Assembly (NCBI GenBank): GCA_942490895.1
Contig: CALNZC010000046.1
Span: forward strand, 21,335 to 85,334
Source of the DNA: an uncultured Saprospiraceae bacterium
GTDB taxonomy: Bacteria > Bacteroidota > Bacteroidia > Chitinophagales > Saprospiraceae
Direction: 5' to 3'
Length of the DNA stretch: 64,000 nucleotides
Below, piece by piece: positions 37,034 through 46,404 of this stretch. The translations under genes and the position numbers were made by a program. The notes under the pieces were generated by a model that saw only the letters and a list, made by a program, of their open reading frames with translations, did not search any database and was not told where the DNA came from. Position 1 is the first letter of the stretch, and the number at the start of each line of letters is the position of its first letter.

Positions 37034-37537
37034 ATGGCGAAAGAATTTAAAGCATTTTCAGTTCATCTTATTCTTGAACCCACATTGAATAAATACACCC
37101 CCATATTCGTCAATAGCCTTCCTCTACCACAACTTCTAATGGAACTGATGGCATCCGGACGCTGGAAATGTCCGGAGAACAGCATTCTCATCAAGGTCAT
37201 CCCGTTCTTGCAGGAGGAAATCCTCTTTTTGGCGACTCTGGAAGAGATGGATCGTCAGTCCCAACTTGATATGGACCATGTCGAATGGTTTTATGAAAAA
37301 CGAAGCAAGCCAGGTGAGGCCAGTGACGATCTTCCCTGGCGGGACTCTCGCAAGTCGATCATCATCGCCACCAATAAGCATACTGGAGAAGATGTAGCCA
37401 TTGCGTTGGACTACCGTTTGTCGGCCAGCGACCCACGAGTCATTGCCACGAACTGGCATGGAGAACTGCCTGGCTGCCCGTGGGAACTCGTATGTCCAAC
37501 TTTTGAGGACTTCACGAAGCAGTTGGGACTGATCTAA
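37034..37537 (+). CDS. SMI1/KNR4 (SUKH-1)-like protein
   Basis: Start at MAKEFKAF (ATG at 37034). Pattern LPLPQLLMELMASGRW......IIATNKHTGEDVAIALDYR......FEDFTKQL resembles SUKH immunity-type domains. This is motif-level recognition only. Confidence 0.55.
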   Translation: MAKEFKAFSVHLILEPTLNKYTPIFVNSLPLPQLLMELMASGRWKCPENSILIKVIPFLQEEILFLATLEEMDRQSQLDMDHVEWFYEKRSKPGEASDDLPWRDSRKSIIIATNKHTGEDVAIALDYRLSASDPRVIATNWHGELPGCPWELVCPTFEDFTKQLGLI

Positions 37538-37808
37538 TGCAAAAGCGAGTATCACTTTCTGTGTGATTGTTCGTTTCCAAGAGTCTCTTGTCCTGGATTT
37601 CGAGCGATAATCACTCCAGTTAAATGCGCCACAGGAAGTTAAACTGTGGAGGCCATTTACTTGGAGCAGGATTTCCAAATTCCATTTTGACGTCCCCGAA
37701 GTGAACTGAACTCTATCAGATCAAGCATATGGTGCCCATTGAATCTTCAGCGAAGTAACAGTTTCCTCAGCCAAGAGGCCTATCTTTGCCCTCTTGACCC
37801 GCCCACAC

Positions 37809-40106
37809 ATGGATACTCCAAAAAAAACCACAACGAAAAAAGCAGCTTCTACACCCAAGGAACCTGCGAAGGCCAGCGCGGTCAAACCCAAAGCAGCAGC
37901 CAAAAAGGTGACTGAAAAGGTGAAAAAGGCACCGGCCGCTAAAAAGGCTGCCCCGGCTAAAGCCGTCAAAGCACCTGCGAAGGCCACTGCCGCCAAAAAG
38001 ACAACCACTACTGCGAAGAAGGAAACGGCTCCGAAGAAAACAGCCGCTCCAAAAAAAGCAACTGTAGTAAAAGCCAAACCAGCAGCTAAGGCAACTCCCG
38101 CTGCCAAAGTGACAAAGGCGGCAGCCAAGCCAAAGGCAACACCTGCACCAAAGACGACCACGGTCGCAAAAAAGGCCGCTCCAGCAAAGGCTGCAGCCAA
38201 AGCAAAGACCACGGCTGCCCCAGCCAAGGCCGCTGCAAAAAAAGAAACTCCGGCAAAGGCAGTTGCAAAGACAACCACCTCAGCGAAAGCCAAAGCGCCC
38301 GCTAAAAAGGCCACCACGACCAAAGCAGCTCCGAAAGCAACGACGGCCAAGCCAAAGACAGAAGCAGCCAAGAAGTCGGAAAAGACGACTTCAAAATCGG
38401 CCGAAACCCCGAAAAAGACAGCAACAGCCGATCAGGGAGGGCCCAATACCGAACGCCCAACACCCAAGACCTCTTCGCACAAAGACGCTCCCTCCGGACG
38501 AACGTTCAAAGGCGAACCTGATCTGCCTACGATCAAATACGATGGGCCTTCCCGTACCCGGGGAGGTGGTCAACAAGAGGATCGCCGATCCTCTTCCCGT
38601 CCGGAACGAAAGCCGGCACCACGGAGAAGAGACGATCGTCCCTCGTATGACAAGCCCAAGCGTGATGATCGCAGGAGTAACGACCGGCCATTCCAGGATA
38701 GACCTCCTCGCGATGATCGTAGACGCGACGACAGACCTTTCCAGGACAGACCTCCGCGTGATGATCGCAGAGGAAGTGACAGACCTTTCCAGGATAGACC
38801 CCCACGTGATGATCGCAGACGCGATGATCGACCCTTCGACAGAGATCGGCCGCGTGACGATCGCAGAAGCAACGACCGGCCTTTCGACAGAGATCGGCGC
38901 GATGATCGCAGACGCGATGACCGACCCTTCGACAGAGATCGGCGCGATGATCGCAGACGCGATGACCGACCCTTCGACAGAGATCGGCCGCGCGATGATC
39001 GCAGGAGTAACGACCGGCCCTTCCAGGATAGACCTCCTCGCGATGATCGCAGACGCGACGACAGACCTTTCGACAGAGATCGGCCGCGTGACGATCGTAG
39101 ACGCGATGAAAGACCATTCCAGGATCGTGACCGTCGCGATGATCGCAGACGTGACGATAGACCCTTCGACAGAGATCGGCCTCGCGATGACCGCAGACGT
39201 GATGACAGACCTTCGGATCAAGGGGGTGACAAAAGATTTAGTCGGTTCAACGAAGAGAAACCATCGCCTCGCTCAGATGAAAAAAAGAAAGGTCGTAATG
39301 CCGTAGTACATCGTGGCGATAAGAAGGATTCCTTCAAACTTCCCAAAGGCGAAGCCGCTCTTTCCTGGCCCATGCGACTGAACAAGTACGTCGCTGTTTG
39401 TGGCGTTTGTGCCCGACGAGCTGCGGCTGTCCTGGTCAAAGACGGGAAGATCAAATTGAACAATGAGGTTGCTCTGGAGCCAGGAATACTGGTAACAGAA
39501 ACGGATGTTGTGGAGTATAATGGCAAGGTTATCAAGCCCTCAGTCAACTTCATGTACATCTTGCTCAACAAGCCGAAAAATACCATCACCACTACCTCTG
39601 ACGAACGCGGACGCGACTCTGTACTAGACCTCGTGAATGAAGCTAAACAAGAGCGGCTCTATCCTGTCGGTCGTCTGGATAGAATGACCACAGGATTGCT
39701 CCTCTTGACCAATGATGGCGACCTCACGCAACGTCTGGCTCATCCCAGCAACGAAGTGAAGAAGACCTACCAGGCAGAGCTGGATCGCAATATCACGGAA
39801 AAAGATCTGGAACGGATCGCAGATGGGATCGTTCTGGAAGATGGTGTGGCCGATGTAGATGCAGTTGGTTGGGCAGAACCCGACAAGAAGAACCAGGTCA
39901 TACTGGAATTGCACTCGGGTAAAAACAGGGTGGTCCGGAGAATATTTGAGACCCTCGGGTATCAGGTAGATCGTCTCGATCGCATTGGTTATGCCGGATT
40001 GACAAAGAAAGACATTCCCCGCGGTCGATATCGCCATCTGACAGATCGTGAGGTCATCATGCTCCGTCACTTTGTCGGTCGGAAGAAAAACCTGGAGGAC
40101 CAATAA
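37809..40106 (+). CDS. rluB: Pseudouridine synthase (RluB/RsuA family, S4 + catalytic domain) with a roughly 500-aa low-complexity N-terminal extension
   Basis: C-terminal part: MRLNKYVAVCGVCARRAAAVLVKDGKIKLN (S4), YILLNKPKN, catalytic PVGRLDRMTTGLLLLTNDG, TYQAELD, and GYAGLTKKDIPRGRYRHL. The N-terminus has an AKKAAPAKA-type K/A-rich region followed by R/D repeats. Confidence 0.85.
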   Translation: MDTPKKTTTKKAASTPKEPAKASAVKPKAAAKKVTEKVKKAPAAKKAAPAKAVKAPAKATAAKKTTTTAKKETAPKKTAAPKKATVVKAKPAAKATPAAKVTKAAAKPKATPAPKTTTVAKKAAPAKAAAKAKTTAAPAKAAAKKETPAKAVAKTTTSAKAKAPAKKATTTKAAPKATTAKPKTEAAKKSEKTTSKSAETPKKTATADQGGPNTERPTPKTSSHKDAPSGRTFKGEPDLPTIKYDGPSRTRGGGQQEDRRSSSRPERKPAPRRRDDRPSYDKPKRDDRRSNDRPFQDRPPRDDRRRDDRPFQDRPPRDDRRGSDRPFQDRPPRDDRRRDDRPFDRDRPRDDRRSNDRPFDRDRRDDRRRDDRPFDRDRRDDRRRDDRPFDRDRPRDDRRSNDRPFQDRPPRDDRRRDDRPFDRDRPRDDRRRDERPFQDRDRRDDRRRDDRPFDRDRPRDDRRRDDRPSDQGGDKRFSRFNEEKPSPRSDEKKKGRNAVVHRGDKKDSFKLPKGEAALSWPMRLNKYVAVCGVCARRAAAVLVKDGKIKLNNEVALEPGILVTETDVVEYNGKVIKPSVNFMYILLNKPKNTITTTSDERGRDSVLDLVNEAKQERLYPVGRLDRMTTGLLLLTNDGDLTQRLAHPSNEVKKTYQAELDRNITEKDLERIADGIVLEDGVADVDAVGWAEPDKKNQVILELHSGKNRVVRRIFETLGYQVDRLDRIGYAGLTKKDIPRGRYRHLTDREVIMLRHFVGRKKNLEDQ
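38661..39215 (+). repeat. In-frame tandem coding repeats (DDRR(R/S)(D/N)DRPF(D/Q)(R)DRP(P)R, about 19 copies) inside rluB
   Basis: Read directly from the translation and from the recurring DNA strings gatgatcgcagacgcgatga / ccttcgacagagatcggc. Confidence 0.9.
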
Positions 40107-40137
40107 TGTGTTATTGAGGCATTGACGGATGAATGAT

Positions 40138-40157
40138 GAGGGAATCTGGTTTCCCTC
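40138..40157 (+). terminator. Weak hairpin after rluB
   Basis: GAGGGAA-TCTGGT-TTCCCTC. No adjacent U-run. Confidence 0.3.
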
Positions 40158-40207
40158 TCCCGCTCTATTGATTTTTCCGTTTCATGTCTCCAATCTGAGA
40201 TCCATTC

Positions 40208-43066
40208 ATGCAGACTAAAACCCGGAAGGCGAAACCGACGATTCATGACCAGGAGTACCTGGAAGTCTCCGGAGCCCGAGAACACAATCTTCAGAATATC
40301 CATGTCAAGATCCCGCGCAATCAGATGGTGGTGATCACCGGTCTGAGTGGCAGCGGCAAATCAAGTCTGGCGTTTGATACCATCTATGCCGAAGGGCAGC
40401 GCCGGTATATGGAGACCTTCTCCAGTTATGCCCGCCAGTTCATTGGCAATATGGAGCGCCCGGATGTGGAACATATCACTGGCCTCAGTCCGGTGATCTC
40501 TATTGAACAAAAGACCACCTCGAAGAATCCTCGGTCTACCGTCGGTACAGTGACCGAAGTCTATGATTTTTTGCGGCTGCTCTTTGCTCGTACTGCAGAT
40601 GCCCATTCACATGTCACTGGCAAACGGATGGTACGGTATAGCGAAGACCAGATCATCGAGCATATCAGCAACGATTTTACCGGAAAAAAACTGGTTGTAC
40701 TGGCTCCTTTGGTGCGCGGGCGAAAGGGACATTACCGTGAATTATTTGACCATACCCGCAAACAAGGCTACACCAAAGTTCGCGTAGATGGAGTCATCCT
40801 CGATCTGATCCCCGGACTCCAGGTGGATCGCTATAAGGTGCACGATATTGAAGTGGTCATCGACCGGATCATTCCCGGTCCGGATCGCCTCGACCGTCTT
40901 CGTCAGTCTGTTCATCGGGCCCTGTCCATGGGAAATGGCCTGCTTTTTCTCGAACATGAGGGCGTGATCCTGCCCTTCTCCAAGGACCTGATGGATCCTG
41001 AAAGTGGCGTTTCCTACGAAGAACCCTCTCCAAATACCTTTTCCTTCAATTCCCCCTATGGGGCTTGCCCAAAATGCAATGGTCTGGGGCATATCAATGA
41101 GGTGGATCTGGATCGGGTGATCCCGGATGATACTAAAACCATCAATGATGCGGGGATAGCCCCTTTTGGAGAAGTGCGTGAGAATTCAACCTTTACCCAG
41201 TTACGGGCGATCTCCAAGTATTACAAGTTCAGTTTTGCGACGCCTATTCGAGAGATCCCCGAAGAAGCCCTGAAGACCATCCTGTATGGCGGGAATGACA
41301 AGTTTGCCGTCAAATTCAGCAGCACCAAACACGACTTTTCCTATAACCTGTCCAGCGAGGGACTGGTCAATATGATCGATCGCTGGTACACAGATACCTC
41401 GTCAGAGTCGATCCGGAAGTGGGCTGAAGAATTCCTCAAACTCAACACTTGCCCTGAATGTGAGGGCAGTCGCCTGCGCCTGGAATCCCGCCACTTTCTC
41501 CTGGATGGAAAGAATATTGGCGAACTGGCCCAAATGGATATCGGTTCCCTCCAAAAATGGATGGAAGGACTGGAATCCCGCTTGACAGAACGCCAGGTCC
41601 ACATCGGTCATGAAGTGATCAAGGAGATCCGTTTACGGCTCATCTTTCTGCACAAGGTCGGACTGGAATACCTCAGTATGGATCGACCGGCACGCACCCT
41701 GAGTGGTGGTGAATCCCAGCGGATTCGTCTGGCCACTCAGATTGGCTCCAAGCTGACCGGCATCACCTATATCCTGGATGAACCCAGTATCGGACTTCAT
41801 CAGCGGGACAATCAACGCTTGATCGAAGCCCTGAAGGAATTGACAACAATTGGCAATACAGTCCTGGTGGTTGAGCACGACAAAGACATCATGCTGGCCT
41901 CGGATTATCTGATCGATCTGGGTCCGGGTGCTGGAAAACACGGCGGGCATATCGTCGGTCAAGGCACCCCCAAACAGTTCCTCAAGGAATCGACCATGAC
42001 GGCCGCCTTCCTCAACGGTAAGAGAAGGATCGAGATCCCCACCGCACGTCGCCCTGGGAATGGAAAATTCCTCAGCCTTCAGGGGGCCACCGGCAACAAC
42101 CTCAAAAATGTCAGTGTCAAGTTTCCCCTGGGCACTATGATTCTAGTGACTGGCGTATCCGGAAGTGGCAAATCGACCCTGATCAACGAGACGCTCTACC
42201 CCATCCTGCGCAAGCATTTCTATCGCAGTCTCCAGGAGCCACTGCCCTACAAAAAGGCACAGGGACTGGGTCATCTAGACAAGGTGATTGAGATCGATCA
42301 AACACCTATCGGACGTACCCCTCGGTCCAATCCGGCCACCTATACCAATGTTTTTAATGATATCCGCAAGCTGTTTGCAGATGTGCCTGAAGCGAAGATC
42401 CGCGGGTACAAGCCCGGCCGGTTCAGCTTCAATGTCAAAGGCGGCCGCTGTGATGTATGCGAAGGCGCTGGTAAGCGGGTCATCGAGATGAACTTCCTGC
42501 CGGACGTCCAGGTCGATTGCGAAAAATGCCTGGGACGACGGTATAACCGCGAAACCCTGGAGATCCTGTTCAAAGGCAAGAATATCAGTGATGTCCTGGA
42601 AATGACCGTCGATGAAGGGGTAGAATTCTTCCAGAACATTCCGAACATCTTCCGGCGCCTCAAGACCCTTCAAGATGTAGGACTGGGGTATATCACCCTG
42701 GGCCAGCAAGCGACCACCCTGTCCGGAGGTGAAGCCCAACGGGTCAAACTGGCCGAGGAGCTTTCCAAACGTGATACTGGAAATACATTTTACATCCTGG
42801 ACGAACCGACAACGGGCCTCCACTTCGAAGACATTCAACACCTCATGCGGGTGTTGAATCAGTTGGTTGAAAAGGGAAATACGGTCCTCATCATCGAACA
42901 CAATCTGGATGTCATCAAATGTGCCGACCATGTGATTGACATCGGACCGGAAGGCGGCCACGGTGGTGGGAAAATTCTGGTGGAAGGCACCCCCGAGAAA
43001 GTGGCTGCATACAAGAAGAGTTATACCGGTCAGTTTCTGGTGGATGAATTGAAAGCAACCTCTTGA
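40208..43066 (+). CDS. uvrA: Excinuclease ABC subunit A
   Basis: 952 aa. GAREHNLQNI, Walker A GLSGSGKSSLAFDTIYAEGQRRY, zinc modules CPKCNGLG and CPECEGSR, second Walker A GVSGSGKSTL, and signature LSGGEAQRVKLA. Confidence 0.97.
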   Translation: MQTKTRKAKPTIHDQEYLEVSGAREHNLQNIHVKIPRNQMVVITGLSGSGKSSLAFDTIYAEGQRRYMETFSSYARQFIGNMERPDVEHITGLSPVISIEQKTTSKNPRSTVGTVTEVYDFLRLLFARTADAHSHVTGKRMVRYSEDQIIEHISNDFTGKKLVVLAPLVRGRKGHYRELFDHTRKQGYTKVRVDGVILDLIPGLQVDRYKVHDIEVVIDRIIPGPDRLDRLRQSVHRALSMGNGLLFLEHEGVILPFSKDLMDPESGVSYEEPSPNTFSFNSPYGACPKCNGLGHINEVDLDRVIPDDTKTINDAGIAPFGEVRENSTFTQLRAISKYYKFSFATPIREIPEEALKTILYGGNDKFAVKFSSTKHDFSYNLSSEGLVNMIDRWYTDTSSESIRKWAEEFLKLNTCPECEGSRLRLESRHFLLDGKNIGELAQMDIGSLQKWMEGLESRLTERQVHIGHEVIKEIRLRLIFLHKVGLEYLSMDRPARTLSGGESQRIRLATQIGSKLTGITYILDEPSIGLHQRDNQRLIEALKELTTIGNTVLVVEHDKDIMLASDYLIDLGPGAGKHGGHIVGQGTPKQFLKESTMTAAFLNGKRRIEIPTARRPGNGKFLSLQGATGNNLKNVSVKFPLGTMILVTGVSGSGKSTLINETLYPILRKHFYRSLQEPLPYKKAQGLGHLDKVIEIDQTPIGRTPRSNPATYTNVFNDIRKLFADVPEAKIRGYKPGRFSFNVKGGRCDVCEGAGKRVIEMNFLPDVQVDCEKCLGRRYNRETLEILFKGKNISDVLEMTVDEGVEFFQNIPNIFRRLKTLQDVGLGYITLGQQATTLSGGEAQRVKLAEELSKRDTGNTFYILDEPTTGLHFEDIQHLMRVLNQLVEKGNTVLIIEHNLDVIKCADHVIDIGPEGGHGGGKILVEGTPEKVAAYKKSYTGQFLVDELKATS

Positions 43067-43297
43067 GTGCAACGCTTACGCATTGGCAAAGGGACGTTGG
43101 AAGAAGTTTATAGGTTAATGAGTTTATTTCGCCTCGTCGCCAAATCACGCCCCAATAAGCACCCTTTCAGGGACGACTGAAATAGATTCCCCGTCTCTCA
43201 GTGAGATGACTACCAGAGTTGAACCATCCCTGGTGGTTAAGAACATACGGATACCTTTCCTTCTTTTCAGCATCAAGCAAAAGTGCCACTATCACCA

Positions 43298-44215
43298 CTA
43301 CTCCAACTTTTGTATTTTCTGAATTCCAATACCATTATCCAGAACGGTGACAACCACATAATTCCCGATGGGTAAGCCACCCATAGAAATGGTTGAGCCA
43401 TGACCTTCGAGGAGAACCTGGCCCAGCAAGCTGACAACCTGCCATTCAGCATCTACCTGATCCGATCTGGTTAGATCGCCTTGCACCGGATTGGGCCCCC
43501 ACACATTAATATAATGGACCTCTGGATTTTCAGTACCCACAAAAAAGCTTTGGCATGGGGTATACAAAAAATAAGATTTCGGAGTAAATAATAAACAATG
43601 AACTGAATCCATGCCATTGCCTCCTTCGACAGGGAGTGGAACCACTAAATTCCAAATACCCCCCTTTCCAGTAAAATCCATTATATAGCTACCTGTATCT
43701 GCCATACATGCAACTTCCTTAACAAATTCTGGGTTCAGCCACCACTCCCAAGTCGTTTCTGATCTAAAGTTGTCTGACAAATAGGACCCAACGCGGCAGT
43801 ATGAGTGAAGAAATTCCGTAGAATCCCAGCGAACCGTGACTGGTGGATATTTTGCATAAATTGCGAATAGTATACGTTCACCACTGAGTATGCATTTGTG
43901 CACTGCATGCAGTGGGCCCTCTGTTGCGCCAATAATCTTTTTCGACAATATATTTTCCAGATCATCAAATTTGGATCCCTGCCGATGGGCTGCCCTCACT
44001 TCGAAGACACTATCAAAAGGCGCATTTATAAATTCTTCTCCAAAATCCGTATTAAATGTCGAATTCGCAGCGGTGTCATGCCCTACCCGTATGCTGTCCA
44101 TATTGCCCACTGCATCTTCAAAATACAATGTGGTTTCGAACATGGCCACTTTTTGTGCCTGTATGGGTATAGAAAAAAATACCACTACCATCAGAAAAGT
44201 GATGCACTGCTTCAT
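43298..44215 (-). CDS. Secreted hypothetical protein with a T9SS-like C-terminal domain
   Basis: Signal MKQCITFLMVVVFFSIPIQAQ. C-terminus VWGPNPVQGDL...WQVVSLLGQVLLEG...LPIGNYVVVTVLDNG. ATGA overlap with the upstream metzincin gene. Confidence 0.6.
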   Translation of the reverse strand: MKQCITFLMVVVFFSIPIQAQKVAMFETTLYFEDAVGNMDSIRVGHDTAANSTFNTDFGEEFINAPFDSVFEVRAAHRQGSKFDDLENILSKKIIGATEGPLHAVHKCILSGERILFAIYAKYPPVTVRWDSTEFLHSYCRVGSYLSDNFRSETTWEWWLNPEFVKEVACMADTGSYIMDFTGKGGIWNLVVPLPVEGGNGMDSVHCLLFTPKSYFLYTPCQSFFVGTENPEVHYINVWGPNPVQGDLTRSDQVDAEWQVVSLLGQVLLEGHGSTISMGGLPIGNYVVVTVLDNGIGIQKIQKLE

Positions 44216-45720
44216 GGCTTGATCACTGTTTCAATCCACAATTGCCCAGCATAAACGAAAAATAAAAGATTGGCTCCGCTTTGCCAGGAAGTTGTCGTGA
44301 TGGTGAATGGTGTGTTTGTTCCAGATGTCAAGGTTCGGCTATCCACAAGGCCATAGGAAGTAGAAGATGTCGCATGCTGACCATAAATCAGGAGTGATCC
44401 GCCATCAGTGGCATCCAGAGAGACTGTAACCGTGCCTCCTGTCAAGGGATTCGGTGCCAATCCAATACCCGACAGGCCTGGGCCAGTACCTGATGATCCA
44501 CTACATGGAGAAGGCAAAACAAAAGAAATGATCTCCTCATCTGTTGAAGAACAATCATTATACACTTCAAGTTTGAATTTGTAGGTTGTTCCAGCTTGTA
44601 GACCATAAGGCCAAGTGGTATTCCCGTTCGAAGTTTTAGTCTTCAAACAATATTTTCCAGCCTGACCTGAAAGTTGTGAAGTTTGTAAAATAATATTTCC
44701 TGTATTGCTCATCAAGGTAATCCGATAACTGGTCTCATTATCAGATCCTTCCAGGTGGAAACATGTCGGGCACTCCATCGTCCCACTTACAGTAGGCAAA
44801 ACTCCTACTGCTGCACCAGGAGGAGGACAATCACCCCCTATCTGAGCGATATAATCGCATTTTTTGAGGGATATAGTATTGAGCATGGAATTTGCCTGGC
44901 ATTCTGTCAACGCAGAATAGGTAGGATTAGCCCCCCACGCTGAGTGGGCCATCATATTATTCGTTTGATTGCACCAGTCACAACATGGATGTGGATTGCC
45001 TGGATAGTACAATTCATCACAATAATCCTCAGCACCATCGACAATTCCGTTGTTATTCGGGTCAGACTTGTCGTATGGAGAAGCATCCCAGCATTTTACA
45101 CCATATACATCAGGATTACTGTCACCATCCTTATCCCATGACCAATTAGTTTGCCATGTATCTGTACATCCATCAGAATCAAAACTATGATCCAAGCCAA
45201 AGCAGTGGCCCAGCTCATGATTTATCAGTTGCGGGCTTAAGTCTTCGATGGCAAGTCGATATTCATTCAACTTAGTATATCCATTTGCCGACCCTCCATT
45301 ATATGTGACATCGCCTAAATAAACCTGGATTTCTGTTTCCGGATCTACATATAAATCAGGAAATCCTCCATTTAAATTGCCATCAACTGATGAACAATGG
45401 AGATTGACTCCAGATAGTACATACCGAACAGGAAAGTGTGGAGTGTTTTGTACAGGTAGATTGTAACATTCAAAATTAGCCCAATTTGGATGCCCTTCTA
45501 TTGTCTCGAAGAATGCATTCGCATCGTCCACTAGAGTCTCAGCAATCTGCCAGGCATCTCCTGGATCCAGATTCTGATTCTCTCCGGGGCCAACAATCAA
45601 TGAGCCTTCACAATCATCATCGAGGAAAAAGTGAATCCGCAATCGTATATATATCGGAGTTTCATTTTCCATCACGGAAGCAGGATCAAAACAAGGAGTT
45701 GATCTCGGGGCAGCAGGCAA
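44212..45720 (-). CDS. Secreted zinc metalloprotease (metzincin, HExxHxxGxxH) with a T9SS-like C-terminal domain; 5' end unresolved
   Basis: HELGHCFGLDHSF motif. Cys-rich middle region and a C-terminal beta domain. The track start is a TTG at 45720, but the frame stays open upstream and encodes a signal-peptide-like FRFYRALGWCAVVVFIILLSTVKGIAQ with no in-frame start (see findings). Confidence 0.75.
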   Translation of the reverse strand: MPAAPRSTPCFDPASVMENETPIYIRLRIHFFLDDDCEGSLIVGPGENQNLDPGDAWQIAETLVDDANAFFETIEGHPNWANFECYNLPVQNTPHFPVRYVLSGVNLHCSSVDGNLNGGFPDLYVDPETEIQVYLGDVTYNGGSANGYTKLNEYRLAIEDLSPQLINHELGHCFGLDHSFDSDGCTDTWQTNWSWDKDGDSNPDVYGVKCWDASPYDKSDPNNNGIVDGAEDYCDELYYPGNPHPCCDWCNQTNNMMAHSAWGANPTYSALTECQANSMLNTISLKKCDYIAQIGGDCPPPGAAVGVLPTVSGTMECPTCFHLEGSDNETSYRITLMSNTGNIILQTSQLSGQAGKYCLKTKTSNGNTTWPYGLQAGTTYKFKLEVYNDCSSTDEEIISFVLPSPCSGSSGTGPGLSGIGLAPNPLTGGTVTVSLDATDGGSLLIYGQHATSSTSYGLVDSRTLTSGTNTPFTITTTSWQSGANLLFFVYAGQLWIETVIKP

Positions 45721-45920
45721 GCCCTGAGGACCTGGAGGAAAGCTGTCTAGGAGTATGCATGGTTCCTGAGCAATACCCTTTACGGTAGAAAGCAGAATTA
45801 TGAAAACAACAACTGCACACCAACCAAGTGCTCGATAAAATCTAAACCCACGTCGAAATAATGTTTGGTCATTCTCAAATAAACGACGGTCTGAATCTAA
45901 AAGACCAAGTTTAATTCTGC

Positions 45921-45929
45921 GGGGGGGGG
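45921..45929. repeat. G9 / C9 homopolymer tract upstream of the metzincin gene
   Basis: gcGGGGGGGGGtaag read directly. It lies 49-57 nt upstream of the out-of-frame ATG at 45872. Confidence 0.95.
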
Positions 45930-46201
45930 TAAGTGTACATCATGTATTGGTTTAAAGATGAGCAACCAATTTAAAAGAAAGTTTTGACCCTGTCAATATA
46001 CCATGTGTTAAATAATGCAGCATTTAACATTAATAGAATATTTACCTGTCATTTTATCCTCAAAAATGAGGACAAAAAGTATAATTCATCCATTCTAATC
46101 TGATATGCCCGAAGTCAATACGCTTGAAGCTACATCAGAACTTACCTGATTGTTTAATGCACCTGAGAGCACACTTCAACTATCACAGACTTCCTGATGT
46201 T

Positions 46202-46332
46202 TGCGGTGAGACACCGCACACATACATGGTACGAGTGAGACACTCGTACCAACACATTACTTTAAGAATAATTGTCCTGTTTTGTTGGTACTGGTGTCTC
46301 ACCAGTACCCTCTATCCGCCGGTGTCTCACCG
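46202..46332. repeat. Cluster of four hairpins sharing a GTGAGACAC / GTGTCTCAC core
   Basis: TGCGGTG-AGA-CACCGCA (46202-46218), GGTACGAGTG-AGA-CACTCGTACC (46228-46250), GGTACTGGTG-TCT-CACCAGTACC (46287-46309), CGGTG-TCT-CACCG (46320-46332). Confidence 0.85.
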
Positions 46333-46404
46333 AATAACGAAGATACAACCCATGACTGAGGAGGATCATCGATCTAGTCCGACACTCCCTTTACCTTTGT
46401 AGTG

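Noticed and set aside
37721-39221. Minus-strand ORFs 37721..38371 (A/V/F-rich) and 38391..39221, 38533..39117, 38570..38872, plus the +1 frame ORF 38263..39306
   Set aside because: These are antisense or alternate-frame readings of the low-complexity K/A and R/D repeat coding region of rluB. Their open frames are a by-product of the biased repeat composition.
46124-46402. 92-aa ORF spanning the GTGAGACAC hairpin cluster
   Set aside because: The sequence is dominated by the hairpin repeats, and no RBS or motif is present. It is more likely non-coding.
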